A DNA stretch of 62,722 nt, the filler included, from Guillardia theta CCMP2712 (Eukaryota > Protista > Cryptophyta), in the NCBI RefSeq assembly GCF_000315625.1. It is 3 parts of 3 records of this genome, joined end to end, with 100 filler letters (N's around TTAATTAATTAA, not from the genome) between each part and the next. Parts side by side here need not be neighbours in the genome. Positions count along the whole stretch, not along the records: positions 28,083 to 46,903 come from NW_005434658.1; positions 47,004 to 62,722 come from NW_005434321.1; 1 more part is not named here. One strand, given 5' to 3'. How positions within the stretch are numbered: position 1 is the stretch's first letter; the number at the start of each line of letters is the position of its first letter. The notes beneath the pieces were generated by a model that made no database searches, was not told where the DNA came from, and worked only from the letters and a program-made list of their open reading frames with translations. Made by a program: the position numbers and the translations under genes. Below are positions 46,518-59,440 of this stretch, piece after piece.

Positions 46518-46903
46518 CCTTCCGTTTCACTCCTTCCTCTCTCCTCGACCCTCCTCGCCCTCGTCCTCTCCGCCTGCGTTCCGTCGTCTTTAGCCTCCAA
46601 CTCAAGATACTCCTCCTCCTGCTCTTTCACCGGAGGACCGGACGATGTCACCGGGGGTTGTGAAGCGAGGTGGTGAAGGTGATCTTAAGGAACCTTGCAG
46701 ATCGGGTAAGTCTCGTTCCAGACATTCTTTGAATCCTTTCCCCTTCCCTCGCTCACTTCACCCACTATAACCCAGTCCTGTAATCTTACTTTGATCCGCT
46801 CCCTGCCCACCCCTCTCTTCTTGCCTCCCTCCCTTCTTGATCTCTGGCTCTCTTTATCCCTCCCTCCCTCCCTCCCTCGATCCCTCCCTCCCTCCCTCCC
46901 TCC

Positions 46904-47003
46904 NNNNNNNNNNNNNNNNNNNNNNNNNNNNNNNNNNNNNNNNNNNNTTAATTAATTAANNNNNNNNNNNNNNNNNNNNNNNNNNNNNNNNNNNNNNNNN
47001 NNN
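46904..47003. other. Assembly gap with artificial TTAATTAATTAA linker
   Basis: Linker at 46948..46959 embedded in Ns. Confidence 0.9.
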
Positions 47004-47477
47004 AGCCGCCTCCTCCATCACGATCCCTCGAATCTCTTCCCATCTCTCCTCCTCTCCCTCTCTCTCCATCCTCTCCCTCTCCCTCTCCCTCTCCCTCTCC
47101 CTCTCCCTCTCCCTTCTTGTCCCTTTCTGCTTCTCGACTCTCTCCCCTACTGTCCCCTCTTGAACGACGCGTGGCCAGCCCTTGATCCCCACCTCCTTGC
47201 ACGCTCGCTTCAGCGCCGTCAGCGAGATCCCCTGCCCCTCACGCGTCAGCTCCTCCTCTCCTCCTCCTCCTTCTCATGCCCGACAACGTGAGGAACGAAG
47301 GCTTACCAGCAGCCTGGTGGCGTCGACCTGGCGGAAGCAGAAGCGAGCGGCGATGTCCTCATAGGAGAGAGAGACCGGGGGCTTCTTGTGCTGGGAGCGC
47401 ATCTGAGAACTGTTGCGACGGGGAAGGACGACGGCTCGAGGTTTACGATCGCTGGGAGGCTTATGTTCGCTGCTCAT
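47004..47477 (-). CDS. RWP-RK transcription factor 1 (3' end in gap)
   Basis: MSSEHK..VLPRR..KKPPVSLSYEDIAARFCFRQVDATRLL|GISLTALKRACKEVGIKGWPR. Confidence 0.88.
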
Positions 47478-48019
47478 GGTCGTCGGATAGATCGAAGGAA
47501 GGGGAGGACAGGGAGCTTGGGAGGAGACGAGCAAGGTGAGAGGTGAGCTGTTCTGAGCAACTCCCTGGTACTAAGGGGCGGGAGGTTTGGGGGGGAGGGG
47601 GAGAGGAGGGGGGAGGGAAGGGAGCGACGTAGTGAAAGATGGGAGCAAAACGTGGCCTTTGCACCTTATCGTTGAGAGGAAACCATGGAGGATCGGAAGC
47701 AGCGGAAGGAGGAAGAAGGAACGAGAGGAGAAGAAGGTGCAGCGGCAGCGGCAGCGGCAGCGGCAGCGGCAGCGGCAGGAGGCGGAGGAGGCGGAGGAGG
47801 CGGAGGAGGCGGAGGGGAAGGAAACCAGCGCCTGCCAATTTTTTTCATCATCGCAGCCTTGCTGGTGTAAATGTGAGTTTGTGACTACCCGAGAGCGAGC
47901 TCGCCTCGGGATATATATACCAATGTGATCAAGGCATTAAATACTGAATAGATCTCTCTGCTGTTGCAGCATTTCTGCCCCGCATACTAAAAGTTGTGGT
48001 GGTGACAAAAATGATGATG

Positions 48020-48028
48020 ATGAGCAGG

Positions 48029-48100
<72 letters not shown>

Positions 48101-48293
48101 AGAAGGAGGAACTGGAGCAGGAGCAGGAGAAGGAGCAGCAGGAGCACGAGCAGGAGAAGGAGCAGCAGGAGCAAGGGCAGGAGCAGGAGCAGGAGCAGCA
48201 GGAGGCAGGAGCAGGAGCAGGAGCAGCAGGAGCAGCAGGAGAAGCAGGAGCAGGAGCAGGAGAAGCAGGAGCAGGAGCAGGAGAAGGATGAGA

Positions 48294-48352
<59 letters not shown>

Positions 48353-48389
48353 AGGAGCAGCAGCAGGAGCAGGAGGAGAAGGAGGAACT

Positions 48390-48423
<34 letters not shown>

Positions 48424-48424
48424 A

Positions 48425-48458
<34 letters not shown>

Positions 48459-48496
48459 AAGGAGCAGGAGCAGGAGCAGGAGGAGAAGGAGGAACT

Positions 48497-48569
<73 letters not shown>

Positions 48570-48575
48570 CAGGAC
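48020..48575 (+). repeat. (GCAGGA)n microsatellite array, followed by GAT/GAC/GGA tracts to ~49150
   Basis: Seen directly. Confidence 0.95.
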
Positions 48576-48773
48576 GAATAAGGAGGAACAAGTTCAGGAG
48601 AACGACCAGGGAAGGAGTGCTGATGATGCTTATAAGAACGAAAGGGAGAGGCGAAAAGAGGCGGGACGATGATCATGATGATTGAGAAACGACAACATGG
48701 CGGAGTGATAATGATTATGAGGATGATGGAAATGACGACAATGAGTTGGATGATGACGACGACGACGACGTCA

Positions 48774-48804
<31 letters not shown>

Positions 48805-49842
48805 TGATGAAGACGACGAAGAAGACGACGACGAAGGTGGTGGTGGTTGTACCATGATCAGGATCGTCGTGGTCGTCATTATATCTCCATCATAATCTCA
48901 ACCATGATGATGATGATGATGATGATGAAGAGGAGGAGGAGGAGGAGGAGGAGGAGGAGGAGGAGGAGGAAGATATCATTGACGATGACGACGACGACGA
49001 CGATGATGACGACGACGATGATAATGATCTTAATGGTGTTAAGGAGGAGGAGGATAGTTGTGGTGGCGATGATGATGACGAGGAGGAGGACAAGAAGGTG
49101 GAGAAGGTGGAGGAGGAAGTTGAGGTGGAAATGTGGCAGTAGTGGAGCAGGAGGTAGAGGATAATAAGAACATAATTGAAGAGACAGCAGTGTAGAAGAT
49201 AAATTTCAATGAGAACAAGAAAGAACAAGAATGCCGATGATTGTAGAACGACGACTGGGAATTCTTGCAGATTGATATTTTACCAATTCTGCAATGCCGT
49301 TGACGTGCTTCGTCTGAAACAACATTGCAGATGAGTTGATGATAGTGACGATAAAGAAGATGCTGAGGGCTGAGGGCATGAGAGGCCAGAATTACCAGCA
49401 CCAGCACCAGCACCAGCCGTGACCAGCTCCAGCTCCAGCTCCAGCTCCAGCTCCAGCTCCAGCTCCAGCTCCAGCTCCAGCTACAGGAGAGGCAGGGGCC
49501 GCAGCATTGATATCGAAGCCTAGAGAAAAGAGACGGGAAGACGGACAGGTAGAGAGGCGAGGCGGTGACAGGAGCGAGCTGAAACATCTGATTCATGAAG
49601 GTGAAGTCGAAGTGTGAAATGAAAGCTGCAACAGAAGACTTGAAGGCTATTTGTTATGATTGAAAACCATGAAGTGAAGAAGGATCTTGAGCAAACAGGT
49701 GGTGAGTGGTACATGCAGCGTACAAGGCCAGCATATGAGATACAAAAGAAGGAAGAGCGAGAGTGAGATGGAAGGAAACGGCAAGGAGGAGAGGAGCAGA
49801 GCAAGAGACAGGGACTTGGGCAGGGGGAGCAACAGATTCCGG

Positions 49843-49898
<56 letters not shown>

Positions 49899-50023
49899 TA
49901 GACCACATCAGACGACTCAGGGGATGTTTCAGTCGCGTCAGCTAAAACATCTTGTCGTTGGGATAGCTCAGATCATAAGGTTTTATTCTTCGATTTAAAC
50001 TTGTACTTGATACAATCCAGATA

Positions 50024-50456
50024 TCAAAACTCAACCCTCCCTCCGCACTTTCCTCGCCCTCTCGCCATCTCCTGCTCTACATGCTGCAGGGCCTCAGCAA
50101 AAAGCTCACTCCTCCATCCTACTGCTGCCTCCTGCGTCTTGTTCCTGTCCTCGTCCGCTGTCTCCTTCCTCTCGCTCCCTGGCGACCTCAAGTATGGCCA
50201 TCTCTCGACCCCGATGCTCCTACAAGCACGCTTCAGCGCCGTCAGTGAGATTCCCTGCCAGACATTCCTTTAGAGCCATCCTTCCCTCCGCCTCCTCTGT
50301 GAAACTAACCAACTGTCGAGCAGCATCGGTCTGGCGGCGGTAAAAGAGAGGAGTGACGGAAGCGAGGGTCAAGACCACTCGTGGCTTCTTGTTGAGGGAG
50401 GAGAGCTGCGTTCGAGATCGTCGAGGAGAGACAAATGCCTTGGTAGCTGCTACCAT
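50024..50456 (-). CDS. RWP-RK transcription factor 2
   Basis: MVAATKAFVSPRR..KKPRVVLTLASVTPLFYRRQTDAARQL|GISLTALKRACRSIGVERWPYLR..ELFAEALQHVE..RVEF*. Confidence 0.9.
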
Positions 50457-51339
50457 GTTGCTGCCTGCAGTATCATATCTTCACGGCGGGCCTTGTCTCA
50501 CAGAGGCAGGGGCATAAGGAAGGAGAAGAAAGTTCCGACCCCGAGGCCATGAAAGGAAGCGTGTTCATGTGATACTTTGTGGTAGGTTGAAAACAAGCTT
50601 CCTCCCGCCTCCTCCTCCGCCCCCCGTTGCGACCCTGCGGCTGACCGTACCAGAAGATTTGGAAATGGTCTTAACTACTGGAGAGGAGTCGCATCGGGGT
50701 GCCGGTCATGACACGTCAGCAAGCGTCTCCTAGGGAAGAACTCGTCTCTTTTCGCTGGTCTCTGGTGGCTGGGTGGCTGGGTGTCGACAATCAGGAGCCT
50801 CCGAGTGCCGTAGTACAGTACTGCACTCGTGGCGTGACTGGCTTTTGAGTAAACACTGGCCTACTCAGATGGCCGGCCCCCGGCCCCACCCCGGGGGCCC
50901 GCCGCGGCTCACTGAGTCAGCCGCCGGCCGGGCCCCGCCCCGGCCCCACACCGCACCCGGTGACCGTTGAAAAGTTGCCGAGTCACACGGTACGGTAAAG
51001 TTTTACCGTGCTCAAAGCCTTTAACGGTCAGAACTTGAAAATCAGTACGAGGACAACTTGGCAATCACTGGCAGGCCCGAGCCTACCGTAGTACCGTACT
51101 CGGAGTAGATGAGGCTTGCCGCCGTCCTGATGATGAACCCTCATTCCGGGGCCGCGGCGGCCCCGGGCAAACTTAACTTAACTGATAAACTGATAAACTT
51201 ACTGAACTAAGGTAAAAACTTGGGCAACACAAGCCTCCTCGCCGGAACATATGAGACTCAGCGGACGCATACCGCGTGCCAGGACGGCCACCTGCGATGA
51301 TGGCCCGGCCGGTGATCAGCCGGGCCCGCCGCGGGCGGC

Positions 51340-52130
51340 ACTGCGGCAGACCGTGACGGTGAGGCTGAGACGGCCCGAGTCTTGCGGCAAACGCATCCGG
51401 TCCAGGATCTTTCATCAGCTCAACGTCTTGCGAGGCCGAGAGACCATCCAGCGCTGCCGTTTCCTTGTTCGCCGAGCGATCCGCCAGCCTCCACAGAAAG
51501 CGCAACGCATCATCCTGCAAGAGTCCATCAGTGCTGGCGATGATGGGAAAGAAGGCCTTGCCCTCGGATCTTCCTCTGTGCCACTGTCACCATCTCGTTC
51601 AGCCCCCGTGACAGGTTGACCGAGCGCTGAGCCGCGAGCGGCCGGCCGCGGGCATAACTGGCCCTCAGCCTAGTAGGCCCGCCGCCTACGGCGCACGGTG
51701 GCGTGTATGCCGCTGACAAGTTTCTTCATGGATTGCCGGTTGACCTCCCGCCGCACTGCGATAAATGCCATCATCTTCTCCGTCATCCTGGGGGGACCAC
51801 ACACATGGCAACCTGCAGGCACCGCAGCCCGTTATGGACTGATGCGCATGAGAAGTGCAATGCCGTCCTCAGTACCCTCATCAAAGATTCAGGAGTGAGA
51901 TGCCGTGTCCACGTGCAAGGCGTACCCGGCACCAGGCAGAACGTTTCCCAACATGGCCCTGAAGATCATCATGTAGGGGACTTTGAACTTCCGCAATTGC
52001 AGGCCACTGGTGGCTGATGGCATGGGTTCATCCTGGACTTCAGCATGTCACATGTTTTTACTGCAAGCAGCAGCAGGTTAGGGCAGGTACTAGCGCTGAG
52101 CACTGGCCACATTGTCCCACCAGGGCCAAT
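51340..52130 (+). mobile_element. Decayed non-LTR retrotransposon 3' fragment (CRE/R2-like CCHC + restriction-like endonuclease)
   Basis: CDKC..HMATC..AHEKCNAVLSTLIKDSG..GDFEL, then frameshifted FILDFSMSH, matching the RLE layout (CCHC, H/N, GD, D-x-S-x-x-H). Upstream frames are broken. Confidence 0.55.
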
Positions 52131-52572
52131 CACTGTTTCTCACAGATCTTCCAAGTTTATCACTTGCTCCGACTCGGCCAATGGGCCAACCGGGTTCAAG
52201 TTTGAGTCTCACTGAACCACGGAACATTCAGAGAGCATCGCTCACCGCTGTATCGCATTAGGAAGCCTGAGAGAATAGTAGTTGATACGGGACTGCAAGC
52301 TGTTCTCACTTGTTGTATGAGAGCCTTAGTTTGAAAACTCAGTCGACAGTATCAACATGTTAACTCGGATTAAGTTCGTATCTTTAAATTACAATAATAA
52401 CTATATGAAAGGACAAGAGCACTGCCATTATTTCATCTCTTGAAAGAAGGATTTGATCAGATATGTTCATCTTGATCACATCTTGTCTCAGACGATCTTG
52501 GCTACCTCCCTCTCAAGTAGTCCCTCTCAAAAACAATTACACTGTATCTTGTTGCCTGTGTTGCGATCTCTC

Positions 52573-53203
52573 TCATCGATCCCGTCGTTCAAGGCGACGC
52601 ATGGGACAACACTCAACTTGCAGTGCACGGACCACTTTCCCTTGGACATGCTGTAGCGCCTCTTCAAAGACTTCATCGAGTACGCTCCCTCCACTCCTAC
52701 TCCCTCCCCATCTCCACTCGTCTTGGTTCTTGCGCAAGCATCGAGAGTCTTCTGCCTCACTGCCCTCCTCCATCCATCTGCTCTCCTCATCTCCCTCCTC
52801 AGGCGCTTCCTGCGACGCAACGCCCTGAGTGGGTGTCCCAGGGCTTTTCTGTGATCTTGAGTATGGCCACTTCCCTGCCCCGACCTTCTTGCAAGCTCTC
52901 TTCAACGCTGTCAGCGAGATCCCCTGCATGCCCTCGTCAGTTCCTCTGCCCCTCCCCACCACCACCACCACCGCCACCAACTTCTCCCCCCAACTCCTCT
53001 GATCCTCATCTCAAGCTTTTGTGCTGATGCAGGCAGGCGGCTCTTCTTACCAGGCGATGGGCAGCCTCGGACTGACGGAGGTGGAAGAGGGCGGTGATGG
53101 ATTGAAGGGAGAGGAAGATCTTTGGCTTCTTATGCATGAGGGAGAGCTGGTCGTGGGAGCGACGGGGCACGACGAGAGCGACTCTGTCAGGAGCAACAAC
53201 CAT
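52573..53203 (-). CDS. RWP-RK transcription factor 3
   Basis: MVVAPDRVALVVPRR..KKPKIFLSLQSITALFHLRQSEAAHRL|GISLTALKRACKKVGAGKWPYSR..DEVFEEALQHVQ. Confidence 0.92.
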
Positions 53204-54102
53204 GTCCCTAGTGAAACAGTGGCGGCTCCTCGGTGATCAGTGAAAAGGATGGTTTTATCGTGTGGTTACACACCTGATTGCTGACTAAAAGTATATTGAT
53301 GTCCTGGTGACCGGTACCTGGTTTGTGCAAGAGTCCAAGAAGTCGCTTTCGGGGGGCAAGTCTACGGAGAAGAGGGGGTAGGAAAAGTTACCCTGGAAGA
53401 GCATATCCCCTGGTGATAAACCTCAGAGATAATAATAGTCTCAGGGGTCATTTGACTGTCACGTTACCGTCGCTCCTAACCCCGACGGATGCAAGAAGGC
53501 GAAAGAATAGTCTCTGAATTGTTGACTGAAAATTAAGACCACGGTGCTTTCGTAACGGCAGTTTAACGACTCAAGGGAAGTTGACTGATTCAGAAGATAT
53601 TAAAACTGTGCTGACCGTTCACTTACCGCCCCCTAAAAGGCTCCACGTGACCTGCACGCTGCGCCCACATGACCAGGACCCACCCCTTGGGCTGAGCTAC
53701 TATCCCTCGTACCCCCCGTCATAGTGACTATATCCGTATCCCTGCAGGGATAGCTTTGCTCTTTAGCATACCTTAGGCCCTGGTACACCTTCCTAGGACC
53801 TCAATGAACTACAGTGAATCAGCTATCGTGCCGGATCTGGTTCTGAAAACATGTATTTTGAAGAAAAGCTCTTTTCAGCTGACAGGATGATGACCCCGAG
53901 TGAAGACTGGTTAAACCCAGGGGGGAGACGGGTACACAGCAGGGTACACAGGTAGAGGAGAGTACTGATAGGGGAGCTCGTGGAGGAGGCAGAAGCATCG
54001 TCGACACGAAATCTAAAGGAGAGGGGACCAGGGAGGAGGACAAGTGAAATCGTACTCAGGAAGAGTGATAGTTGACACAGAGCCGGCAAGATACTAGCGG
54101 GG

Positions 54103-54547
54103 ATGCTCGAGCCGAAAATTGCGCGAATCGTTCCGAGGCGAAAGCATCAGCAGCTCGGCCTCGTAGCCAAGAAGAGCGAGATCGCCGTGACGTCTGACAG
54201 GATCCGTTCTCTGCTCCATCTCAAACAGGCGGATGCGGCGCACGAGCTGGTGAGATGGCCAGCCCTTGTTTTTCAGCAGAGCAGCTGACTGTGCCCAGGG
54301 GATATCCCTGACGGCGCTCAAGGGAGCGTGCCGTTTGCTGGGTGTAGGGAAGTGGCCGTACTCGAGGACGAGATACCCGCAAGAGACAAGAGGAAGAGAG
54401 GCAGCGAAGAGCGACGAAAATGAATCCTTGGGGGAAAGTGAAGAGGGTGATGTGGAATGGGGGGAGGTCAAGGGGGAGGGAGAAGAGGGGGGTGGAGGGT
54501 TTGGGGAATTGTTCATGGAGGCTTTACGGCATGTCGAGAATCGTTGA
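54103..54547 (+). CDS. RWP-RK transcription factor 4
   Basis: MLEPKIARIVPRRK..KKSEIAVTSDRIRSLLHLKQADAAHEL|GISLTALKGACRLLGVGKWPYSR..ELFMEALRHVENR*. Confidence 0.92.
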
Positions 54548-54769
54548 GAGTTTATGAGTTTGTAAGTGGAGTTGCTATAGGAAGAATGATTGATGTTATT
54601 TAGAAAAGAGATTGATAACGCACACCGAAATCCTGGAGTATACTGGAGAAGATGGTGTGTTGTTTTCTTGAGGTTTTGTACCAAAATAAATTTGAAAAGA
54701 CACTATCGCTACGTTCACAACGCCTTGATCTCATACGATTCTTTATCGGAAACAGAACTCTCGTAGCAC

Positions 54770-55830
54770 TCACAACTTGGCCTGATATAGAACTTTTCTG
54801 CACCTCAGCATCATTCCAGACAATTGAGATGACAAGGCAAAAATGATCACCTGTTGAGCACATACTGAATGATATTGTCAACAGCCATACAGGCCATCTT
54901 CTCGCGCGTAGGAACAGAGGCGCTACCTTTGATTGCTGTTGGAACCGAGACAAGACTCTATCATGCTTACCAATATGCGGGAACACAACGCAGTTGGGTA
55001 GGAAGAGCAAAGGATGGTCGACAGGCAGAGGCTCTGGCATAGTAACATCGAGGCCAGCCCTGTGACCGGCACACGTCAAGGGCTGGGAGAAGGAAAGGAT
55101 CACAGATTTCCTACCCCGCTATAGTCCCATCCTTCAGTGCCTCGACCAGATCGTCCTACCAATTTGTTCAGGAGGGTGGTGGGCGGGGACAAGGCTGGTA
55201 TGGACGAGTGAGTCTACCTGAACAACCGCCTCTCCTCGAGTAGCGTTGATGAAAATCGCTGTCTGTCAGCCTGACTGAGTTGGTCCTCCGACTTGTCACC
55301 TCCTGCACCTCCTTCATCTGTCGGAACTTGTCGCGTCCGAAGTACCCTCGTGTCCTACGAATCTCGTCATGGTCCTTGTAAACCCTTGCACGCTCATGGA
55401 CTTGTCGTTCAAGGGGAACATGGGGACGACATAGTCGCTGGTCCTGTAGAGATCAGAAGGTGAGGAGGGCGGAGCAAGTCGACAGCGAGCATGCAGCACT
55501 GACCGCAGCAGCTCCTCCTCCGACACATATCTGTGCAAGCACATAATCCATCCAGGGTTTTCAAACACGATCGTGCTACCTGCAGCCAAGTTTGTCTGCT
55601 TCCTCCTTCTTGTTCGGCCCCGAGTACAGCACGTCACATCCAAACGCCTGTAGGGTCTTGAGATAAGAAGGTCGCAAGTGCACTTGTCAAACTTTCAGTC
55701 GGCGTGCAACGGCTTGTCCAATCCTGCCACATCCGACGATTCCAACGGTCGAGCTTTCTCGCAAGTCACCGGGGAACTTTCTCGTTGCGCAGAGAAGACG
55801 AATAGAAAGAAAGCAAGGTAGGTAGGCAGG

Positions 55831-55861
<31 letters not shown>

Positions 55862-56843
55862 GCAGGCAGCCAGGAAGGCAGGCAGGCAGGAAGGAAGGCA
55901 GGCAGGCAGGAAGGCAGGAAGGCAGGCAGGCGGGCGACTGGAGTCAAGAGAAGGCGAAAGGAGGCAAGGCAAGACAAGGGAAGCAACATTGGTGAGCATT
56001 TGATCGTGAGAACCTGTGTACATCTTTCCCGCACATCCAGAGGGGGTCCCATGTCCCCCACGTTCCATTCCTGACCGCCTGCAGAGCCTGCAATGTCTTG
56101 AGGGAGGAGAAGGAAGAGGATGGAGATGATGACAGTCGTACTTGCTCAATCTTCCTTGCTGTCACCAGCATCAGAGCCACCTGAATTGCAAAGTGAGAAC
56201 AGCTGGTCATGAGACATGAGGGATTTGTGGATGACAGTGAGGATTGTACACATATGTAAAGAGCTCTTTGTCTATACATGTCATGAAACCAAACATCAAC
56301 CATCAATCATCAACACACAACAAATCCACATTGCACACGATGAAAGCAAGGTGTCGATAGGATCATGTCAAGGAAGGCATAACAACAGCAGGATGATCGG
56401 AAGTCAGTCTGTTTACGGTCGTATCCGCAGTAGTCTCAGTCAGGCAGTCAGGTGTATAACCGAGCAGGATGTTTGCTCGAGAGAGAGCCTGAATGGATGG
56501 AATGAGCAGCTCGCTCAGCAACAAGTTATGTCCTGACTGACCTGTACATCGATATGATTGTACCCGACACTCATGGTTGAGACAATCTTCAGGTTTGGCC
56601 CGGCGGCCTGGATAATTTCCTGATTCACCTGATGAATATCAGTTTGACCACCATTGCTGACGTTCTCGCCTCTATCCTCTCCACCGTTTCCCCACAAGCA
56701 TCTCATCATCAACATCGTCTTTGTAGCTGTTGTCATTGATGTTGCTTTTGAAATCATGATAACAATCGGGAGAGAATTATCGTCGTTGTCATCGTCCGCG
56801 TCACAGCCTTCACCGCCTTCATCATCATCATCATCATCACCGC

Positions 56844-56938
<95 letters not shown>

Positions 56939-57296
56939 CCACCACCACCACCACCACCACCACCACCACCATTAGTAACAGCAGCATATTTTCCACCTCT
57001 CACCTTGTCCGTCAGCATCACCAGCATACCATCAACGCCACGTGCTCTTGCTCGAAACTCTTCTGGCGGAATAGCTACATCTGCCTTGTCAAACAGGTCG
57101 TAGACGATCCCTGGTGTCTCGGACAGTTTCTTGAGCGCGACTTCAGGAATCCTGGAAGGCAAGTTGAGTGGAAGAGGATGAAGAGGAAGGTGAGTCAAAG
57201 GAGGTAGAAGAAGTGAAGATGGGCAAGCAACTGTAAGAAGACAAGCAGAAGTAAATTTGGAATGAAGAGAACGAGGACTAGGACGAGTAAAAGAAA

Positions 57297-57351
<55 letters not shown>

Positions 57352-57467
57352 CTCGACGTCGCACCTCCTTGTCACGAGGAGCTTGAAAGGAGCAGTAGCT
57401 AATCGGGGCAGGTAATTCAGCCTAAACCTGTTCAGCTCAACATTCTCATCCTACCTCCAGTCGACAT
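54770..57467 (-). CDS. GRHPR: Glyoxylate/hydroxypyruvate reductase (D-2-hydroxyacid dehydrogenase), many exons
   Basis: [90 protein letters not shown]|SAS. The start may extend upstream. Confidence 0.92.
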
Positions 57468-57829
57468 GAACGTCTTCTGCAACCCTGACATCCCGTCAGT
57501 CCTCCGACTCGTCTCCAGCTGACTCCCAGCTCTCACCCGCACAATCGATGATGACTCTTCCTGCAACGATGCCTTGGCCTGCCCTCCTGCAACCAAGGGG
57601 GTAAGAGCCGTTCAGCTTCCTTCTCCTCCCTCGCCTCCTCCCTCGCCCCAGTCAGATCTTCGTCCGCGATTGAGCTAGATGTCTCCCCTTCATCGGTCTC
57701 AGTAGGTGTCTTCCTCCTTCCTGCTATTTCCTCCCTTCGTCCTCCCTTCGTCCTCCCTTGCTCCTCGACACCATCCTCATGATCCCGCTCCTGATTCTTC
57801 TCCTCATCTCATCTCCTCCTCCTCCTCCT

Positions 57830-58370
<541 letters not shown>

Positions 58371-59440
58371 ATCAATCTCCTGCTCCTGATCCTCCTCTCC
58401 TCCTCCTCCTCCTCCTCCTCCTCCCATCATCCACTTACAGGGCTCTGAGCATAGAGAAATCCTTCGAATGGCGGGCCAACCCCTTTAGTTCTAGAATCGA
58501 CTAGTCAGTCTGCTACTAGTCAGTGGGCAGCTGCTCCGATCATTTCCCCGGGCCCCGGCCCTGGCCAGTGCACGTGCAATGGTCGAAGCACGAGGATCGT
58601 ATCATGGCGGAGCGCGACAGTTGCGGAGAGGAGGAGGAGGAGGAGGAGGAGTGTAGTAGAGGAAGCAGAGGGGCGGCAAGATGTCTTCGGATCTCAAAAA
58701 TGCATGCGAGGATAGGAAGGACTCTATGGCTCCTCCCCCAGCAGCAGCATGCGATGCAAAGGCATCTTTGCTTCTTTCTGGGTAAACATGCAAGTGCGAG
58801 CAGCTGAGAGGGAGCTCTCAACCTAAAGGAGACTGGATCTCTAGCTAATGGCAAGCGCCGAGGAATTTTGTTGCAGGTAAGGAGTGTTGAATGGCCTGTT
58901 GTTGTTCCATGCTTCCTATGTAGCGGCAGCGGTCAAATGATGCACTTTACGTCAGTACCGACTGAATCCTCTCAGTCTCAGACTGAAGATTCTGAAGTCA
59001 GCTTTGTAAATGATGACTCGCTCTCTCTCCCTCCTCCGTCCCTTTGGACCCTCTGCTTCACGCTGATACCTCGGACAGGTGGCGCGTGAGGGGTCGATTG
59101 CTAACAGCGTGCCATGCCCAATGAATCTTGTAGAAGCATGTAAACACTTTGAGTATGGACGATAGATGTTGCAGTTCAATCATACAAATTTTTATGAGAT
59201 GTGATCAATGTTTGAGCTCGAATGAAAGTCGACAAATAAACACATTCAAAGTCATGCTAGGGTGACGTCAAAGCTTTACAGTATGAACGCACTTTAACAG
59301 TGTTGAACCATAGTTTATGTACATCAAACAACGCTTTTATCGGAAGACATCTCTGTCTTCTCACCTTACCCGTTGTGAACATGCTCAGTGCATACAAATC
59401 GTGACTTCAGCTCTAGCGATATCGGCACCCGCGTGCCTGT

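Noticed and set aside
47929-49228. Long poly-L, poly-PA, RS and EQ ORFs
   Set aside because: Translations of (GCAGGA)n and trinucleotide microsatellites that are open in most frames.
49250-49980. Possible fifth RWP-RK gene or other exons
   Set aside because: No GISLTALK or WP motif and no consistent splice model.
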